Positions 60,618-64,000 of a stretch of 64,000 nt of DNA are shown here, piece by piece. Made by a program: the position numbers and the translations under genes. Under the pieces are notes generated by a model. The model ran no database searches. It was given only the letters and a program-made list of their open reading frames with translations, and was not told where the DNA came from. Source of the stretch: a bacterium (lineage in GTDB: Bacteria > SAR324 > NAC60-12); the NCBI GenBank assembly GCA_965209155.1, contig OZ242383.1, positions 765,236 to 829,235 of the forward strand. Direction: 5' to 3'. Position 1 is the first letter of the stretch. The number at the start of each line of letters is the position of its first letter.

Positions 60618-61730
60618 CTAACGAACCTCGAGACTGTGTCCGATCGCGGCATCGATTGCATCCGGTTCATAGGTAACGCAGCGATTCTTCTTGTCAGCGA
60701 TTTCAAGCCTGTGCAGGCGAAAATTGTCGGGACTCAAGGACGTATGGGCTGCGTTCACGCATTCAAGACTGTGCGTGGTTGCGAATATTTGAGTGTGGAA
60801 TTGCCTGGCCGCTTCGGCAATGACCCTCCAGAAATCGGGTAGTACGGAGTGATGAATGCCATTTTCTATTTCGTCCACCAGCACGACGCCACCTGGAACG
60901 GAAGCTATGGCCAGGACGAGCCGGGCAATTTGAATCATCCCTTCCCCCATGACTGCCATCGGCACCAGTTCGGGCCACCCGATGTCTCCCCAGATCATGG
61001 GGATCCCACTGGAAGAATTATCCTCGATGCTCAACAGTCTCGGCTCGACGACCTGTAGTGCTTTCAAGAGCAAATCTCCCCGTTTCTGTCGTCTCAATCT
61101 ACCGAGTCTCATGGCATCATCGGGAGTACTCCTGGTACGAGACGAAAGAATAACCGCCTGAAAGGGAGCATTTATAACAGGCTGATCGACCTTGACTTCC
61201 TGTCCTTCCATATAAATACGACTTTTAACTGGTTTTTTTGAACGACAGCTATAAAGAAATATTAGTGAACCATCAAAAAGATTAGTAACCGAAATGCCGG
61301 TAGTACGATCTAGAGAAATTCCGGTGGTGGCTTGGCGTTCCGATTCGATTTTTAAAGACAATAGACCTTGAGCCGTGTGATTTCCCTCGATCTCAATGGA
61401 CTGCCCCATGTCCAGATTAGAGAAGAGTTGCTTCCACAAGGGCTCGCCTGGCGGAACACTGATCGTATCCAGGCCGCGAATAATATTGACGTTCACTGCC
61501 ATTTGCGCGTTTCCGGATCCCGTCAACAGAAAAACTGCCTCGAGCAAACTGGTTTTGCCAACGTTGTTTTTGCCGGCAATGAGGTTGATATCACTCAATT
61601 GGTCGATTTTGAGTTCGTTGAAGCCTCGAAAATTTCGTACCTGTAAACTTTCGAACATCGCTTTCACGCCTTGTTTAAATCTGGTTGACCTCGTTTTTTT
61701 CATGTTCTTTGAAATTGTACGTTTCGACAT
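60618..61730 (-). CDS. ABC/SMC-type AAA ATPase (AAA_21/AAA_15-like)
   Basis: LQVRNFRGFNELKI...LIAGKNNVGKTSLLEA (Walker A), MGEGM (signature-like), VVLVDEIENGIH (Walker B/D-loop), ATTHS (H-loop). The true start may be the internal MFESL at 61658. Confidence 0.8.
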   Translation of the reverse strand: MSKRTISKNMKKTRSTRFKQGVKAMFESLQVRNFRGFNELKIDQLSDINLIAGKNNVGKTSLLEAVFLLTGSGNAQMAVNVNIIRGLDTISVPPGEPLWKQLFSNLDMGQSIEIEGNHTAQGLLSLKIESERQATTGISLDRTTGISVTNLFDGSLIFLYSCRSKKPVKSRIYMEGQEVKVDQPVINAPFQAVILSSRTRSTPDDAMRLGRLRRQKRGDLLLKALQVVEPRLLSIEDNSSSGIPMIWGDIGWPELVPMAVMGEGMIQIARLVLAIASVPGGVVLVDEIENGIHHSVLPDFWRVIAEAARQFHTQIFATTHSLECVNAAHTSLSPDNFRLHRLEIADKKNRCVTYEPDAIDAAIGHSLEVR

Positions 61731-62015
61731 CGCTTACATGCCTCATCCCATCTTTTTCATTTTCCTGGTTTGGTGTTGATCCAGGACCCGTTTTGGAAGG
61801 ATTCAGTTTCAGGTTTTACAGTTGATTCAAACTCATATAACGTTCTCATGGCAATTTCACTTATATCATTGAACGGCTGCCCAATAAATAGAAAAGTCCA
61901 CAAAACGGACAAGGTCCACTCCCCTTAACGCGACGAGTCATTGGGGCAATTGCCCTTATTTACTTGAAATTCTATTTCGTGGTCAAGCTTGCAAGTTTGG
62001 AAAAAATCTTTTAAG

Positions 62016-62258
62016 TAACCTGAGTTCGAGATAAGCTTTTAACAAATTCAATATGTTAAGGAATCTTCATATCTCAGAGAAACCTTGTCATTCCTGGCTT
62101 GACCAGGAATCCAGGGGTAGGCAGATAGACTGAAATCTGGATCCCCGCTCCCCGCTCCCTGCTTTCGCAGGGACAAGTTTAGCAGGGACAAGTTTAGCGA
62201 GGATGACCTATACACCAGAATATTCCAATTATTGAAGATTAACGTCGAACTCGGGTTA
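62016..62258 (+). mobile_element. MITE family 1, copy 2
   Basis: TAACCTGAGTTCGAGATAAG... ...ACGTCGAACTCGGGTTA. Carries a TCATTCCTGGCTTGACCAGGAATCCAGG module and the long palindromic module in the opposite position and orientation from copy 1. Confidence 0.8.
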
Positions 62259-62295
62259 GGCAGGCTACTGATTTTACTTTTATCCCTGAGTTTCA

Positions 62296-62443
62296 GGGTT
62301 CATCAATTGAGGAAATGGATCAAGTAGTCAGAGAATCTCCAAGGTCGACTCGAAACCCTCCAGGTTCGAATCTTTGCTTGAATTTCAAAACATCCAGGCC
62401 TGACCTCGTTAGAAACAATTTCTATATTGATATTGATCAGATC
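62296..62443 (+). repeat. Repeat R3, copy b
   Basis: Aligns with 34589..34722. Both copies can be read as ...LETLQ(T/V)(Q/R)IFA* in one frame. Confidence 0.65.
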
Positions 62444-62566
62444 ACTCAATTAACCCGACCTGTGAAGTTCAATGAGTTTTTTTGAATACCGATCGGTTAT
62501 CTGCTTGTTTAAGCTGCCATTAGATTCGTCATCGCGATTTAAACCAAACACTTTTTTAGGAAAATT

Positions 62567-62610
62567 GTAACTATTCAGGTATCTTCAGAGAACCCATCGA
62601 TTTAAACACA
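62567..62610 (-). repeat. Junction sequence, copy C (diverged)
   Basis: GTAACTATTCAGGT is identical to copies A and B. The rest (ATCTTCAGAGAACCCATCGATTTAAAC) is only partly alignable. Confidence 0.55.
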
Positions 62611-62825
62611 GATTTTGCGTAGCATAGAGTCCGGAAAAGACTTCATCCTCTCGAAAGTTCAAAAATATATTGATTCCCTTTCATCAATTCCCCACCTCGA
62701 AGCTCTTCAAGAAGCCAGTCAACACTTTGAAAAAGAACGAGAGCCATGGAAGCAAGAGCGCTTAGCACTCTGATTTACCTCCCTGAGATATAGTCGAAAG
62801 TTGGGGATGGACTAAATTTGAAGGT

Positions 62826-62885
62826 GGCGTATCCTATTGATGGGAATTTAAAATAAATAGAATTACATCAAAGAAAGGATACGCC
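62826..62885 (+). promoter_or_regulatory. Long hairpin covering the transposase ribosome-binding site
   Basis: GGCGTATCCTATTGATG ... CATCAAAGAAAGGATACGCC. The outer 10 bp are perfect, plus 6 inner bp. The right arm ends 1 nt before the ATG at 62887 and contains the AAGGA/AGGA Shine-Dalgarno. Confidence 0.6.
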
Positions 62886-62886
62886 A

Positions 62887-64000
62887 ATGAGCAACTATAA
62901 CGTGATTGATCTGGAGAAGCCAGAGCAAATTATTGAAGATCATTTGAGTGAACTTTTGAGAGTGAAAGCCAGGAAGATACTTTCTGAAGCGTTGGAATTG
63001 GAGATGGAAATATTCATGAAGGAATATCAGTCCTATCGACTCTCGGATGGACGTCAGCGAGTGGTTCGTCATGGTTATCATCAAGATCGGGAGATTCAGA
63101 CGGGAATTGGTTCTATATCCGTGAAAGTTCCGCGGAGTAAAGATCGTCAAAGCACCTCATCAGAGGAAAGGATTCGATTTTCTTCCAAGTTGATCCCCCC
63201 TTATCTGAGGAAAAGTAAAAGTATTGAAGCCCTGATTCCCTGGCTGTATCTGAAAGGGATTTCCACTGGTGGCTTTCAGGAGGCGCTCGCAGCGATTTTA
63301 GGTAAAAGAGCGGCGGGCTTGTCTTCAGCGACAGTGAGCCGTCTTAAATCAAGCTGGTATGAGGATTGGAAAGCCTGGAAACAACGGGATCTCTCCCAGA
63401 GTCATTATGTTTATCTCTGGGTCGATGGCGTGTATTGCAATGTGAGAATGGATAAAGATAAACAATGCCTCTTGGTGATTGTGGGGGCAACAGAAAATGG
63501 AGATAAAGAGCTCGTTGCCTTGGAAGATGGCTACCGGGAAAGTGAGCAATCCTGGAGGGAACTGCTGATGGATCTGAAGCACCGGGGATTGACTGAGGCC
63601 CCTAAAATCGCTGTGGGAGACGGAGCGATGGGATTTTGGAAAGCTTTGAAAAAAGTCTATCCTCAGAGCAAAGAGCAGCGTTGTTGGATGCACAAAACGG
63701 GAAACATTCTCAACTATTTACCAAAAAGGGAGCATCATAAAGCCAAGGATCGTCTCCATCAAATTTGGATGGCCAGCAGCAAAGAGGAAGCTTTCAAAGC
63801 CTTAAAGCATTTTGTTGACATGTATGAGGCGAAATATCCTAAAGCCACTCACTGCTTGATTAAAGATCAGGAGACCTTGATGGCCTTCTATGATTTCCCG
63901 GCAGAGCATTGGAGGCATTTGAGAACGAGCAATCCCATTGAATCCACCTTCGCTACTGTCAAACTGAGAACTGCCAAAGTCAGAGGTTGTTTCTCAAGAA
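62887..64000 (+). mobile_element. IS256-family (mutator-type) transposase gene, 3' end outside window
   Basis: Open frame from the ATG at 62887 to the window end; not in the ORF track because there is no stop. YLWVDGVY, AVGDGAMGFWKAL, CWMHKTGN, LRTSNPIESTFATVKLRT. Confidence 0.9.

Noticed and set aside
31080-62258. The repeated hairpin sequences might form a CRISPR array.
   Set aside because: The copies are kilobases apart, differently oriented and nested in larger elements. There are no regularly spaced repeat-spacer units and no cas genes.
62360-62385. GGTTCGAATC in repeat R3b looks like a tRNA T-loop (a possible tRNA fragment or att site).
   Set aside because: The flanking bases (CCAGG / CTTTG) do not form a T-stem, and no acceptor or anticodon arms can be drawn. 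The paralogous copy at ~34650 reads AGACTCAAATC instead.
58287-62610. The 49-nt junction repeats might be integron attC sites delimiting gene cassettes.
   Set aside because: Neither strand shows the RYYYAAC / GTTRRRY core pair or the expected imperfect internal palindrome. No intI integrase or attI is present in the window. The repeat overlaps homologous coding 3' ends, so paralog remnants explain it better.

Overview
This is a 64-kb chromosomal window from a diderm (Gram-negative type) bacterium of moderate GC. The lineage cannot be fixed from the sequence alone. Most of the window is housekeeping. It carries a 5'-truncated RNB exoribonuclease, rpmH-rnpA-yidD-yidC, folE and a CI/S24-type repressor. 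It also carries a short type IIA topoisomerase B/A pair (topo IV-like) and a partial complex I cluster, nuoEFG-JKL, with no H/I/M/N. Next come skp-fabZ, gatC-rnr, mltG, a TPR/HExxH protein and PCuAC. Further on are a TPP riboswitch with thiB-thiP, ppiD, a yejBEA-like peptide ABC transporter with two ATPases, an acyl-CoA carboxyltransferase and glnA-glnE. A second peptide-type ABC operon has no ATPase genes. Three accessory patches interrupt this backbone. (1) At 31.0-37.8 kb lies a mosaic islet: a GC-rich VOC gene, an AT-rich lipoprotein, a nonsense-mutated Sel1 gene, a nonsense-mutated higB-like toxin with an intact antitoxin, an IS1595 transposase remnant and a GC-rich TPP-dependent enzyme. 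Its 4.9-kb core is bracketed by an inverted pair of ~170-bp MITEs, one of which has a perfect 8-bp target duplication. (2) A second ~200-245-bp MITE family with TAACCTGAG... terminal inverted repeats has three copies (31.1, 39.8 and 62.0 kb) and carries nested palindromic hairpin modules. (3) At 58.3-64.0 kb lies a compact ABC-ATPase plus Toprim-like two-gene module, a PARIS/OLD-like candidate defence system. It is accompanied by two decayed copies of its own 3' end plus a conserved 49-nt downstream sequence, a GC-rich PhyH-type dioxygenase inserted between copies, and a partial IS256-family transposase at the window edge. No rRNA, tRNA or CRISPR array was found.
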